From Candidatus Moraniibacteriota bacterium (GTDB lineage: Bacteria > Patescibacteriota > Minisyncoccia > Moranbacterales > GCA-2747515), in assembly GCA_038208115.1 (NCBI GenBank), contig JBBQZC010000005.1:667-64666 (forward strand): DNA of 64,000 nt. The letters are read 5' to 3'. Below are positions 37,075 through 47,390 of this stretch, piece by piece (the stretch's first letter is position 1; every line of letters begins with the position of its first letter). Position numbers and translations under genes: made by a program. The notes under the pieces were generated by a model. That model did not search any database. It worked only from the letters and a program-made list of their open reading frames with translations, and was not told the origin of the DNA.

Positions 37075-37104
37075 AACTCTTTAATAATCATTCGTTAAAT
37101 ACAC

Positions 37105-37425
37105 TTACTTTGATGATTTCGACGCGTCAATTTCTCGCTGTTTTGCAGCTTGTTCCAAATCTTTTTGCATCTTTCCGCCATGTCGTGTAAATTTGCGTGT
37201 TTGTGCAAATTCACCTAATTTGTGACCAACCATCTCCTCTGTCACAAAAACATTGAGAAAATCTTTTCCATTATGAACTGCAAATGTAAACCCAATCATT
37301 TCTGGTGAAATTGCACATGCTCGTGACCACGTTTTGATCACGCCTGTTTGCTGAGGAGTTTTTCCTGATACCTTCTTTACAACTCTCTCATCTACATATA
37401 AACCTTTTTTCAGCGATCGACTCAT
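37105..37425 (-). CDS. rpsS: 30S ribosomal protein S19
   Basis: [32 protein letters not shown]. Confidence 0.93.
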   Translation of the reverse strand: MSRSLKKGLYVDERVVKKVSGKTPQQTGVIKTWSRACAISPEMIGFTFAVHNGKDFLNVFVTEEMVGHKLGEFAQTRKFTRHGGKMQKDLEQAAKQREIDASKSSK

Positions 37426-37442
37426 GATTTTATTCTATCTAA

Positions 37443-38273
37443 TTATTTCTTGTGACGTGCTTTGACGATGTATTTATTGCTTGTTTTATTCTTTTTACGC
37501 GTTCTTACTCCCAATGCTGGTTTACCCCATGGAGTCTTCGGATACTTCAAACCAATTGGCTGTCGTCCCTCCCCACCTCCATGTGGATGATCCACTGGGT
37601 TCATTACAGTACCACGCACAGCTGGTCTTTTGCCCATATGCCTTGCACGCCCAGCCTTACCAATCTTTACTGCATTATGTTCAAAATTACTAACCTTTCC
37701 AATCGTCGCATAACATTCATTGTCAATCAATCGAATTTCACCGGATGGCATCTTTAACTGTGCATACTTTTCATCAATGCTCATCACGAGAGCACCACTT
37801 CCAGCACTTCGAATAATTTGACCACCTTTACCACGTTTCATTTCAACATTTGATACGTAAGTGCCTGATATAATATTTTTTAATTTTGTACGATTACCCT
37901 CATCAATTGGAGCATTTTCCCCTGTGATGGTTTTCATGCCAGCACGCATACCCTCAGTTGCCAATACATATCTCTTTTCACCATCAGCATACATCACCAG
38001 TGCAATGAGTCCGCTACGATTTGGATCACGCTCAATCGCTGTTATAGTACCAGGAACATCAAATTTATTTTGCTTAAAATCTATAATACGGTAAAGCTTT
38101 TTGTGGCCGACACAACGATGTCGTACAGAAATTTTTCCATTTGCACGACCAGCTTTTTGATTAAATGATGTGCAGAGTGATTTTTCTGGTTTTTTATCCG
38201 TAACTGCAACAGGCTTCACAATAGACATATTGCGACGTGCAGCGTGATTTCTTTTATATACTTTAATTGCCAT
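37443..38273 (-). CDS. rplB: 50S ribosomal protein L2
   Basis: DHPHGGGEGRQPIG, 276 aa. Confidence 0.97.
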   Translation of the reverse strand: MAIKVYKRNHAARRNMSIVKPVAVTDKKPEKSLCTSFNQKAGRANGKISVRHRCVGHKKLYRIIDFKQNKFDVPGTITAIERDPNRSGLIALVMYADGEKRYVLATEGMRAGMKTITGENAPIDEGNRTKLKNIISGTYVSNVEMKRGKGGQIIRSAGSGALVMSIDEKYAQLKMPSGEIRLIDNECYATIGKVSNFEHNAVKIGKAGRARHMGKRPAVRGTVMNPVDHPHGGGEGRQPIGLKYPKTPWGKPALGVRTRKKNKTSNKYIVKARHKK

Positions 38274-38304
38274 ATATCTGACTTATTATAACCTACTATT
38301 ATAT

Positions 38305-38724
38305 TTATACTCCTTCAAAAACTGCAATATGCTGTCCCTTTTGTACTTTTACAATTGCTTTTTTGAATAGCTGTTGATAACCACGATCATATTTTACTGT
38401 TCTTCTTTTTGGTTTTACCACAATGACATGCACATTTTCCACGGTCACTTTATACATTTCTTCAATGATACCCTTGATCTGCTTCTTTGTAGCATTTTTT
38501 TCTACACGAAATGTATACTTATTTTCACCAGCCATTCTGTGTGATTTTTCTGTAATAATTGGACTGCCCACTACACCATATGCAGCAGAAACAGATGCAA
38601 CACTTTTTTGTGTTTTCTTTGCAGATTTTTTTGACGCTTTTACAGAATCACTTGGTTGATTTTTTTCTGCGATTACATCTGTCGCTTCTTTATTATCTTC
38701 TTTTTTTGTCCCAAAAATTCCCAT
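38305..38724 (-). CDS. rplW: 50S ribosomal protein L23, with ~48-aa Lys-rich N-terminal extension
   Basis: L23 core AYGVVGSPIITEKS...KVTVENVHVIVVKPKRR after the extension. Confidence 0.88.
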   Translation of the reverse strand: MGIFGTKKEDNKEATDVIAEKNQPSDSVKASKKSAKKTQKSVASVSAAYGVVGSPIITEKSHRMAGENKYTFRVEKNATKKQIKGIIEEMYKVTVENVHVIVVKPKRRTVKYDRGYQQLFKKAIVKVQKGQHIAVFEGV

Positions 38725-38747
38725 AAAATTACATCATTTGTCAATTA

Positions 38748-39374
38748 CTATACGTATTTCTTCTCGATTTGATTCAAAGATTCAGCACTCAAAACCAGAT
38801 ATTCAGCATTCATTACATCATACACATTCAATTTTTCTGTTTCGATTGTTTTAGCTTTTTCCACATTGCGAGTTGCTTTGTATGTATCAGATTCACTTAT
38901 TGCGAGACCAAATAACATATTTTTTTCGATTCCAATATTTTTAATCATGCTAAATACAATTTTTGTTTTCAATTCATCCATTTTGAGAGAATCTATCACA
39001 AAGATTTTATCCATTCGGGCCTTTTCGGACAATGCAATGAGCAATGCTTTTCTTTTCATTTTTTCATTGATATTTTTTGCATAATTTTTTCCTTTCAGCG
39101 GTCCAAAAGTCACACCACCACCACGCCAGAGAGGACTACGAATTGATCCTGCACGCGCATTACCTGTCCCTTTTTGTTTCCATGGTTTTTTACCACCACC
39201 CCTAACGTCGGAGCGAATTTTTGCATGCGCACTTCCTGATCGGCGATTTGCTGCTTGCGCTACATACACTTGATGCACAAGAGCGTTGTTTCTTTCCACA
39301 CCGAATACGCTGTCATTTAATTCCATGTCTGACACTTTATTTCCTTCTAAATTATATATATCTACTTTTTTCAT
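38748..39374 (-). CDS. rplD: 50S ribosomal protein L4
   Basis: GGGKKPWKQKGTGNARAGSIRSPLWRGGGVTFGP. Confidence 0.95.
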   Translation of the reverse strand: MKKVDIYNLEGNKVSDMELNDSVFGVERNNALVHQVYVAQAANRRSGSAHAKIRSDVRGGGKKPWKQKGTGNARAGSIRSPLWRGGGVTFGPLKGKNYAKNINEKMKRKALLIALSEKARMDKIFVIDSLKMDELKTKIVFSMIKNIGIEKNMLFGLAISESDTYKATRNVEKAKTIETEKLNVYDVMNAEYLVLSAESLNQIEKKYV

Positions 39375-39384
39375 ATTGCTCTAA

Positions 39385-39948
39385 TTATGCAATGCTTACT
39401 ATTTCTACAATTCGTCCCGATACACCAGGAACAGATCCTTTTAATGCGATAAGATTTTTATCTGTATCGACACTAATTACCTGTAAATTCATTGAAGTAA
39501 CTGTTTTTCCACCCATGCGTCCTGGCATCTTTTTTCCTTTCAAAACATGTTCTGGGAATGCACACCCAATAGAACCAGGTTGACGCAAAACATGTCGATG
39601 ACCATGCGATGCTGGACCTCCAGCAAATCCATGACGTTTTACTACACCCTGAAACCCCTTTGCCTTACTCGGTGCAGAAACACGCACAACGTCTCCAACT
39701 ACAAAAATATCTGCCTTTATAATATCTTTTTCAGTATATCCTGCCACATCATCTACGCGGAACTCTTTTTTATATTGTACTTTATTGGTCTTGTTAACAG
39801 AAAGACGCACCGCCTTATAGCCATCGCGATCCTCATTTCTTATCAAATCCACAACATTTGGTTCAATAGTGATTAATGTCACATTTTGTGCCCCATTATC
39901 ATTATAGATCGTTGTCATTCCTGCTTTTCTTCCCAAAACAAATTTCAT
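39385..39948 (-). CDS. rplC: 50S ribosomal protein L3
   Basis: MKFVLGRKAGMTTIYN... Confidence 0.93.
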   Translation of the reverse strand: MKFVLGRKAGMTTIYNDNGAQNVTLITIEPNVVDLIRNEDRDGYKAVRLSVNKTNKVQYKKEFRVDDVAGYTEKDIIKADIFVVGDVVRVSAPSKAKGFQGVVKRHGFAGGPASHGHRHVLRQPGSIGCAFPEHVLKGKKMPGRMGGKTVTSMNLQVISVDTDKNLIALKGSVPGVSGRIVEIVSIA

Positions 39949-40263
39949 AATTGTTGTTCTTTATATACTCAATAAATGCTTCGTCAATTCTTTTATCATT
40001 CTTCAAACAAAAAATGGCTTTCGTATTTAAGCCAGATTATATTCTTCTATAAATTGTATAGAAAAATCTCATTCTTGTCAAGACGAATGGTCTATTGTAA
40101 GAATTTTATATATCTAGCTCGAATAGTATCCTCAATTTTTATGAAAAGACTTAAACGAAACTGCATGTAATGTCAAACCGTCACATGATAGTCATAAAGA
40201 CTAACCATGTACTTTTATTTATATCGACAGTAAAAATAACTCTATCACGCAAAACGCGCAGTG

Positions 40264-40587
40264 CTACATTTTGACCTCAATACTCACGCCAGCAGGAAGA
40301 TCAAGATTTGTTAGATCTTCAATCGTCTTTTGCGATGGATTGATAATATCGATCAAACGTTTATGCGTACGCATCTCATATTGTTCTCGTGCATTCTTAT
40401 GCACAAAAGTTGACTTATTCACAGTCACCTTTTTAATGTGAGTTGGTAGTGGCACTGGACCAGACACGCTAGATCCTGTTCGCACTGCTGCCTCCACAAT
40501 TTGCTTTGCGGATTTGTCAATAATCTTACTATCGTATGCCTTGATTTTAATACGCACACGCGTTGTTGCTTCTTCTTTTTTCGCCAT
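40264..40587 (-). CDS. rpsJ: 30S ribosomal protein S10
   Basis: [38 protein letters not shown]. Confidence 0.95.
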   Translation of the reverse strand: MAKKEEATTRVRIKIKAYDSKIIDKSAKQIVEAAVRTGSSVSGPVPLPTHIKKVTVNKSTFVHKNAREQYEMRTHKRLIDIINPSQKTIEDLTNLDLPAGVSIEVKM

Positions 40588-40684
40588 TGCGAATTTTCAC
40601 CTACTTACAAATTATTTCCCAGATATTTCATGAGAAAAGGGAGAGTTGCAAAATCTTTTTGCAACTGTCCACTTTTTTCATCAA

Positions 40685-41878
40685 CTATTTGACGATTTTT
40701 GTTACTACTCCAGCACCTACAGTACGTCCACCTTCGCGAATAGCGAATCGCATACCATCTTCAAGTGCTACTTCAGAACCAAGTCTCACAACCAATGTAA
40801 TTGTATCCCCAGGCATAACCATTTCAGTTCCTTCTGGAAGAATTACCTCACCTGTTACATCTGTTGTGCGAATATAAAATTGTGGTTTATATCCTTTGAA
40901 AAATGGTGTATGTCGTCCACCCTCTTCTTTTGTAAGAATATATACTTCACATTCAAATTCAGTATGTGGAGTGATGCTTCCTGTTTTTGCTAATACCTGT
41001 CCGCGCTCGACATCTTCCTTCTTTGTACCACGCAATAACACACCAGCATTATCTCCCGCCTCACCATGATCAAGTGATTTATTGAACATTTCAATCCCAG
41101 TTACAGTCGTCTTTTGTGTTGGACGAAGTCCAACGATCTCAACTTCTGTGCCTACATTGATTTGTCCGCGCTCGATGCGTCCAGTCACAACTGTACCACG
41201 ACCTTCAATTGAGAAAATGTCCTCAATAGGCATCAAGAAATCCTTGTCCATATCACGTTCTGGCTGAGGAATTTTTGCATCAAGTGCTGCAACGAGATCA
41301 AGAATAGGCTTTGCATCTTCATCATCTATACTCTTTGATACTAATGCCTTTGTTGCACTTCCGCGCACCACAGCTGCGTTATCCCCATCAAATTCATATT
41401 TTGTCAAGAGTTCACGAATTTCTTCCTCTACTAATTCTACCAATTCTGCATCATCTACCATGTCAACTTTGTTGATAAACACAACAATCTCAGGAACACC
41501 TACTTGACGTGCAAGCAAAATATGCTCTCGCGTTTGTGGCATCGGTCCATCTGTTGCACTCACAACAAGGATTGCACCGTCCATTTGAGCAGCACCCGTA
41601 ATCATATTTTTGATATAATCAGCATGTCCAGGACAATCTACGTGTGCATAATGTCGACTATCTGATTGATATTCGCAATGTGCAGTAGCAATAGTAATAC
41701 CACGCTCACGTTCCTCAGGCGCCTTATCAATTTCATCAACACCTTTTTCTACTGCAAGACCTTTCATTGAAAGAACATGCAAAAGAGCTGCCGTTGTTGT
41801 TGTCTTACCATGATCTACGTGACCAATCGTTCCCACATTCACATGTGGTTTACTTCGATCAAATACTTCTTGAGCCAT
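40685..41878 (-). CDS. tuf: Elongation factor Tu
   Basis: [27 protein letters not shown]...; start trimmed to the MAQEV Met (the listed ORF begins at an upstream alternative start). Confidence 0.97.
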   Translation of the reverse strand: MAQEVFDRSKPHVNVGTIGHVDHGKTTTTAALLHVLSMKGLAVEKGVDEIDKAPEERERGITIATAHCEYQSDSRHYAHVDCPGHADYIKNMITGAAQMDGAILVVSATDGPMPQTREHILLARQVGVPEIVVFINKVDMVDDAELVELVEEEIRELLTKYEFDGDNAAVVRGSATKALVSKSIDDEDAKPILDLVAALDAKIPQPERDMDKDFLMPIEDIFSIEGRGTVVTGRIERGQINVGTEVEIVGLRPTQKTTVTGIEMFNKSLDHGEAGDNAGVLLRGTKKEDVERGQVLAKTGSITPHTEFECEVYILTKEEGGRHTPFFKGYKPQFYIRTTDVTGEVILPEGTEMVMPGDTITLVVRLGSEVALEDGMRFAIREGGRTVGAGVVTKIVK

Positions 41879-42176
41879 AGCTTTTATTTTGTGCAATATA
41901 TTCGCGAAGATCACGCATATATGCAACGTTACATTTAATTACTAATTAATAAAATTTTATTACAAATTTTTTATCTGCATTATAGCATGATCTTTTTACA
42001 GATCTCTTAATACATACAAAAACTAACACTTATTCTAGATAAATTCTATCATCTATGCAAGTGCATTATTTCTATTTCTCGAGTAATCTCAAAACAGTAT
42101 AGACACTTTATCATCAATCGTTTCTCTTGTCAAATATTTCTGTTATACATCTTTTTTATGCTATTTTGAACAACAT

Positions 42177-42782
42177 TTATTCTAATATGCCATCCAAATT
42201 CACATCATATAAAATCGCATCCTGTATCAAACGATAATTTGTAATTTCTCCTTCTTTGAACCACAGAGCAATTTCTCTCTCAGCCTCTAGAGGGTTTTCT
42301 GAACAATGTACCAAATTGCGCACGGCTCGACCATCTAGACCTGCCAAAGCATATGAATCAATAGTAAAATCTGCACGAATCGTTCCTATATCAGCAGTAA
42401 GAGGCTCAGTCCCTCCAACAAGCTTTGCGACCACTCCAGTTGCGCCATTCCCTTCAACAACCATTGCTAATACTGGTCCAGATGTCATGAACTTTATCAA
42501 ATGTCGTAATATGTCCTTCCCATATTCAATCGCTGGTTTTTCTACAGTCATGCCTCGCGCTTCCATCTCACGCACAATATTACCACCTTTTTTTTCAAAC
42601 CATTCGTCATCTTTATTATAATGCTTCCAAAGTGTCTCTTCCTCTAGAACAGTAAATTTCATTGCAATGAACTTCAAACCTGTTCTCTCAATTCTTGTGA
42701 TAATTTCTCCCATCAATGATCGTTGTATTGCATCAGGCTTAAGAATTACCAATGATTTTTCTTTAATTGCTGGATTTACCAT
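42177..42782 (-). CDS. ndk: Nucleoside diphosphate kinase (long form with two insertions)
   Basis: VILKPDAIQRSLMGEIITR, FMTSGPVLAMVVEG, GTIRADF, NLVHCSENPLEAEREIALWF; 201 aa versus a typical ~140 aa. Confidence 0.8.
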   Translation of the reverse strand: MVNPAIKEKSLVILKPDAIQRSLMGEIITRIERTGLKFIAMKFTVLEEETLWKHYNKDDEWFEKKGGNIVREMEARGMTVEKPAIEYGKDILRHLIKFMTSGPVLAMVVEGNGATGVVAKLVGGTEPLTADIGTIRADFTIDSYALAGLDGRAVRNLVHCSENPLEAEREIALWFKEGEITNYRLIQDAILYDVNLDGILE

Positions 42783-42864
42783 ATTTTTAAATTATCGATT
42801 AATAATTAACTCTAAAAATAATATATTGTTATAGATATTATCATGCTTTTTGAAATTCGTCACC

Positions 42865-43719
42865 TTATTCGATAAATAACTCACATCTCATACTCTTGCA
42901 ACGATACATAATTGAGCCATTTTTATCTGTGCGGTATATTTGCCCAGCACTTTCACTAATACGTTCCAAAACCTCCGCATGAGGATGTCCGTATCGATTA
43001 TCTTCTCCGACCGAGATAATCACATCACGCGGTCTTGTCTTTTCAAGAAAAACAGAACTTGTAGATGTAGAAGATCCATGATGTCCAGCCTTGACTACAG
43101 TAATAGACTCATCAAGTAACAAATCGTCTTCATGTATTGACGGAAGGTCCCCTCCGAGATAAAATTTTTCCTCACCAATCGTTACAACCATTGCAATACA
43201 TGATTCATTAATATCCTCTGATACAATAGTCTGTTGTTCATAGGGATAAATAGTTTTTATCTTTATGTCACGACCCACATCTGCAGATACTCCATAATGC
43301 ACGATCCTAGATGTTATACCAGATTCATCTGCCACTGCACGCATGATCGCATGATAAACGGAAGTATCTTTACCTGTATCCGTTGTCCAAAATTGCTGCA
43401 CTGTATAATTTTTGAATACACCAACGAGACCGTCTATATGATCGCTATCTGGATGTGTTGCTACTACAATATCAATTGTTCGATCCCAAAACGGAATATA
43501 GCGACTCAATTCTTCTTGTAAAACTTTTGTATCCGAACCTCCATCAACGAGTACTTGATGCGTTCCTTGTGTAATGAGTATCGCATCCCCTTGCCCTACG
43601 TCCAAAAAGATAATAGACGCATCATCGATATGTATGATATGCCATATGATCATACTACACATACCAATAATACTTAGGGCAATAGCTATGCCACCATAAA
43701 TCATTTTTCTATGTATCAT
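42865..43719 (-). CDS. comEC: ComEC C-terminal metallo-beta-lactamase domain protein (separate ORF with its own N-terminal TM helix)
   Basis: LDVGQGDAILI, ATHPDSDHIDG, AGHHGSSTSTS; ATGA overlap with the upstream ComEC membrane-domain ORF. Confidence 0.8.
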   Translation of the reverse strand: MIHRKMIYGGIAIALSIIGMCSMIIWHIIHIDDASIIFLDVGQGDAILITQGTHQVLVDGGSDTKVLQEELSRYIPFWDRTIDIVVATHPDSDHIDGLVGVFKNYTVQQFWTTDTGKDTSVYHAIMRAVADESGITSRIVHYGVSADVGRDIKIKTIYPYEQQTIVSEDINESCIAMVVTIGEEKFYLGGDLPSIHEDDLLLDESITVVKAGHHGSSTSTSSVFLEKTRPRDVIISVGEDNRYGHPHAEVLERISESAGQIYRTDKNGSIMYRCKSMRCELFIE

Positions 43720-45161
43720 AAATTTTTATGTAAACGAATCAAGAAAATACTCACAATACAATAATACAAAACAATCCCTACTGGATAAATTGTTTCAATA
43801 TGAATGCTACTCCATGATAACTGTGCAAAAAATGAAATCACAGCAATCTCATATGCAAGTAAATAATATGCCATCCATCCACATATCAAAGCAATCGGTG
43901 CATATATATAATAGAAAATGATTAGTAATAAAACCAAAAGCATAACAAACGGAATAATTGGTAACACTAATATATTCACAACAAGTGATATTGGTGTAAA
44001 AGTATAAAAATGTAAAGCGATGATAGGAATTACAAATATTTGTGCACTAAGAGTAAGCAGAATCATTTCAATAATGCCAAATGCAAATCTCTTACTCACA
44101 AAATACCGTTCTAGTATAGGATATGTTGAGATGATTCCAAGCGTCGCTAAAAATGATAATTGAAAACCGATATCATATCGTAAAATCAACGGATTATATA
44201 CAAGCATAATCGCCCCAGCAAATACCAGAGCACCATATGCATGCGTAACACGTCCGTAGACACCTGCAATGAGCACCATGATACCCATGATACCTGCTCG
44301 CACACCAGATGATGGAAAACCAATCAATGCAATAAAAAATACAATACTTCCGATCGCAATATACACAGCGTATTTTCTTCGGAATCCAACAAATAATACA
44401 AATCCCATCACAGCAGCCACAATCACCGACACATTATACCCTGAAACAGCAACAATATGCGTCATACCAACTAATGCAAACTGATCTTGAATTTTTTCTG
44501 ATAATCGATTTCCGCCGCCAAACAGCAGACCGTTTGCCAACGCTGACTCTGGTGCAGGTATTATCTGATCGACAATATGTTCCACGCCATAGCGAAACTC
44601 TGAAATCTTTTTTGACACACGATCCATTTTCCCATTTATTTCATAAGAATAATCCTCACACATAAAATAGATATCATGCATCACTAAATACATATGATAA
44701 TCAAATTCAACAGACGGTTCTGGCAAAGCGAGTGTGCATGTCAAAATAATGTGATCACCTCGTGACACAAGAGGATATTTTTCATCTTTGATCATGACTG
44801 AATAATCTTGATCCACATATCGTGCAGTTACTTGCGAATACCATTCTTTTTGTTCTATATCACGATTGATCACTGCTTCACCGACCAATTTTTGTCCAAC
44901 AAATGTATCCATGCTTTTTATGTGATTTTTTTGTGCATCCATAATCACAACACCTATACCTATAAAAAGAATGTACACACTCAACATCCACATTTTTTTA
45001 CTGCGATTGAACAACGTGAGGAGTGCAATAATGATACTTGCTATACATAATAAAAATCCATCACAAGATGGATGAAAAAAAGAATAGAAACCAATACCAC
45101 AGATCACGCCCAAAGAGCTCGCCAGAACGATGCGGGAAATATGTGGCAAAATAGTAAACAT
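43716..45161 (-). CDS. comEC: ComEC/Rec2 DNA-uptake channel membrane domain (DUF4131 plus competence domain)
   Basis: 481 aa polytopic membrane protein with ComEC-like TM core; followed by the MBL-domain ORF. Confidence 0.75.
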   Translation of the reverse strand: MFTILPHISRIVLASSLGVICGIGFYSFFHPSCDGFLLCIASIIIALLTLFNRSKKMWMLSVYILFIGIGVVIMDAQKNHIKSMDTFVGQKLVGEAVINRDIEQKEWYSQVTARYVDQDYSVMIKDEKYPLVSRGDHIILTCTLALPEPSVEFDYHMYLVMHDIYFMCEDYSYEINGKMDRVSKKISEFRYGVEHIVDQIIPAPESALANGLLFGGGNRLSEKIQDQFALVGMTHIVAVSGYNVSVIVAAVMGFVLFVGFRRKYAVYIAIGSIVFFIALIGFPSSGVRAGIMGIMVLIAGVYGRVTHAYGALVFAGAIMLVYNPLILRYDIGFQLSFLATLGIISTYPILERYFVSKRFAFGIIEMILLTLSAQIFVIPIIALHFYTFTPISLVVNILVLPIIPFVMLLVLLLIIFYYIYAPIALICGWMAYYLLAYEIAVISFFAQLSWSSIHIETIYPVGIVLYYCIVSIFLIRLHKNL

Positions 45162-45339
45162 AATGATATACCAAAATCACTTTTTATATGAATACGCCAG
45201 CGTACCATAAGTGATCCATATTTTGCAAGTCATACACATTTAGCTCAAATCTTGCAAAGTGCAAAAGTTTACAAAGTCGAAAATTGTAATCGTTATTGTG
45301 ATAAATGAAAATATTGAATTGCATGACTGCTTTGCCGAA

Positions 45340-45558
45340 TCATATATCGATATCGCAAATCTTTTTTCGCGACTTATTTCCCTTCACAATCTGCACACAT
45401 TCTTTCGCAATACCAAAAAATTGTGCAAGCAATTTTTGCACACATGCATTTGCCTTATTATCCACAGGCACTGCAGTTGTTCGCACGACATACACATCAT
45501 CAACGATTTCAACTCCATTTTTATGTGCGCGAGTAATAACTTTTACATCAATACGCAT
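45340..45558 (-). CDS. DUF167/YggU (UPF0235) family protein
   Basis: VKVITRAHKNGVEIVDD...PVDNKANACVQKLLAQFFGIAKECVQIVKGNKSRKK. Confidence 0.7.
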   Translation of the reverse strand: MRIDVKVITRAHKNGVEIVDDVYVVRTTAVPVDNKANACVQKLLAQFFGIAKECVQIVKGNKSRKKICDIDI

Positions 45559-45670
45559 CTGAGATAATTAAAAATTAAGAATGAATAATTAAGAATTGCA
45601 AAAACATAACAATTATTTTTTGTCACGAAGTACTTTTTCTTAATTATTAATTTTTCATCAATAATAAGAA

Positions 45671-46126
45671 TCAATCCTGCATCAAATCTTGAATAACTTT
45701 TCTGAAACTATCTGCACTTCCGATGGATTTGTATACACTTGCAAATCGAATAAACGCTACATCATCAACATCTCGCAATTTATCCATAATGATCTTACCA
45801 ATGGTACGACTTTTCATTTCACGCTTTTCTTTTGATTGAATTTCATATTCGATCTCTGCAATGAGTTTTTGGATACGCTCCTCTGTCACTGGTCGTTTTT
45901 CCAAAGCCTTTCGCATACCACGTTCCACTTTTTCACGATTGTATTCCTCCTTAGTGCCATCACGCTTGATCACCGTGAGACGCAAGATCTCAATCTCTTC
46001 ATAGGTCGTAAATCGTTCATTGCATTTGAGACATGCTCGACGTCGACGTACAGCACGACCTTCTTTGATCGTACGCGAATCCACCACTTTTGTTTGTTGC
46101 GGTTTTTTGCAAAATGGACATTTCAT
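45671..46126 (-). CDS. nrdR: Transcriptional repressor NrdR
   Basis: MKCPFCKKPQQTKVVDSR...CLKCNERFTTYEE plus ATP-cone. Confidence 0.92.
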   Translation of the reverse strand: MKCPFCKKPQQTKVVDSRTIKEGRAVRRRRACLKCNERFTTYEEIEILRLTVIKRDGTKEEYNREKVERGMRKALEKRPVTEERIQKLIAEIEYEIQSKEKREMKSRTIGKIIMDKLRDVDDVAFIRFASVYKSIGSADSFRKVIQDLMQD

Positions 46127-46453
46127 AGATGTGAGAAGTAGTAATTAGGAAATAGAATATTGTAATTAATTATATGTCTATACATTATCATTCTTGCACA
46201 TTACCCACAATAAACCAATCAAATGATATTTCTTTATTTTCAATAGCTTTACTGATTTTGATCGTAAATTGATTATTATTGAAATGCTTCCCAGAGATAA
46301 AAAAGGCTAAGAGTGTGTTTTTTTGGGAAAAACATTGGGGATTTAATTATTGTTTCCTTCGTGTATTATATCATGGAAATAAATGGTGGGACAAATAAAA
46401 AAATGTGGCTGACTGATTTTCTTTCATTTTTTTATGATGTGTTTTTTGCGTAC

Positions 46454-46481
46454 AAAAAAAGACGCATTTCTGCGTCTTTTT
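46454..46481. terminator. Rho-independent terminator downstream of 46491..47198 (appears bidirectional)
   Basis: aaaaaaagacgca-tttc-tgcgtcttttt. Confidence 0.75.
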
Positions 46482-46490
46482 GACTTAATA

Positions 46491-47198
46491 TTATTTAATC
46501 CATGAAAATGAATCAAGGAGCAACTGAAAATCATGAGAAAAAAATTTATATTGTGCCTCACCACTACCACATGCAATCAGATATGCCTGCCCATCGTGTG
46601 ATGCAATCACCTGCGTCACATGTAGCGTACTTCCAAGTGGATCAACTAATAAAAAATCAACTTGCACAGCATCCTCTCTATCAATCGCAATTCGTTTACT
46701 ATGAAATTCTGACAATCCTTTCACATTTTTTCCGAGATCATTATATATTGCATCACTGATTTCTTGGTCAGTTTTTGCAAAATTGATACCTACTGCATTA
46801 TATCGGATATCACACCCTGTCCGCTGATCTGCATTAAGATGAATTCCTGCGATATAGTCATCACCATATCTATTTTGCGCATCAATATCAATTACATATT
46901 CATCCGTATAGCGAAATTTTATACCAGAATCATCATTTCTATAGCTATGATATTTCATCACTGTGATTGGAGACTGTACACGATACCCCCATAAACCAAA
47001 TTGCTCACTTATGCGCCCCCCTATTAACAACACTGCCCCGCCTAAACACAGCGCGCAAATTATTATTAATAGATTATATCGTTTTTTTTTGATGTCCAAA
47101 ACAGGAGTCACACTATCACGCGTGTTTTCTTCTGCTACAATATGATCATCATTTCTTTCTTCTTTTTTGTTTTTTTCATCTCTTTCTTGTGATTCCAT
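46491..47198 (-). CDS. Hypothetical single-pass membrane protein with an acidic N-terminus, immediately downstream of the giant repeat protein
   Basis: TM LLIIICALCLGGAVLLIGG; no family recognised. Confidence 0.45.
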   Translation of the reverse strand: MESQERDEKNKKEERNDDHIVAEENTRDSVTPVLDIKKKRYNLLIIICALCLGGAVLLIGGRISEQFGLWGYRVQSPITVMKYHSYRNDDSGIKFRYTDEYVIDIDAQNRYGDDYIAGIHLNADQRTGCDIRYNAVGINFAKTDQEISDAIYNDLGKNVKGLSEFHSKRIAIDREDAVQVDFLLVDPLGSTLHVTQVIASHDGQAYLIACGSGEAQYKFFSHDFQLLLDSFSWIK

Positions 47199-47390
47199 AA
47201 TATGATTTTATTATTGAATTTATGCTGATCTCATACTTATACTCTGATGTTAGCTACCAGAAAACCTAGCCCCAACATCAGAGAAAAGTTTTTGATTATT
47301 ACTCTTTCGTAATTATCTCACATCTTGTATATATGTGAAATGCATTTTAATAAAGAGAATATCATTTTATGCATGCATAACACAAATCTA

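Noticed and set aside
39976-40170. 64-aa plus-strand ORF in the rpsJ-rplC spacer, and 55071-55298 (75 aa) near csoR
   Set aside because: Low-complexity translations on the strand opposite the surrounding operons. They lie in AT-rich spacers that contain terminator hairpins.
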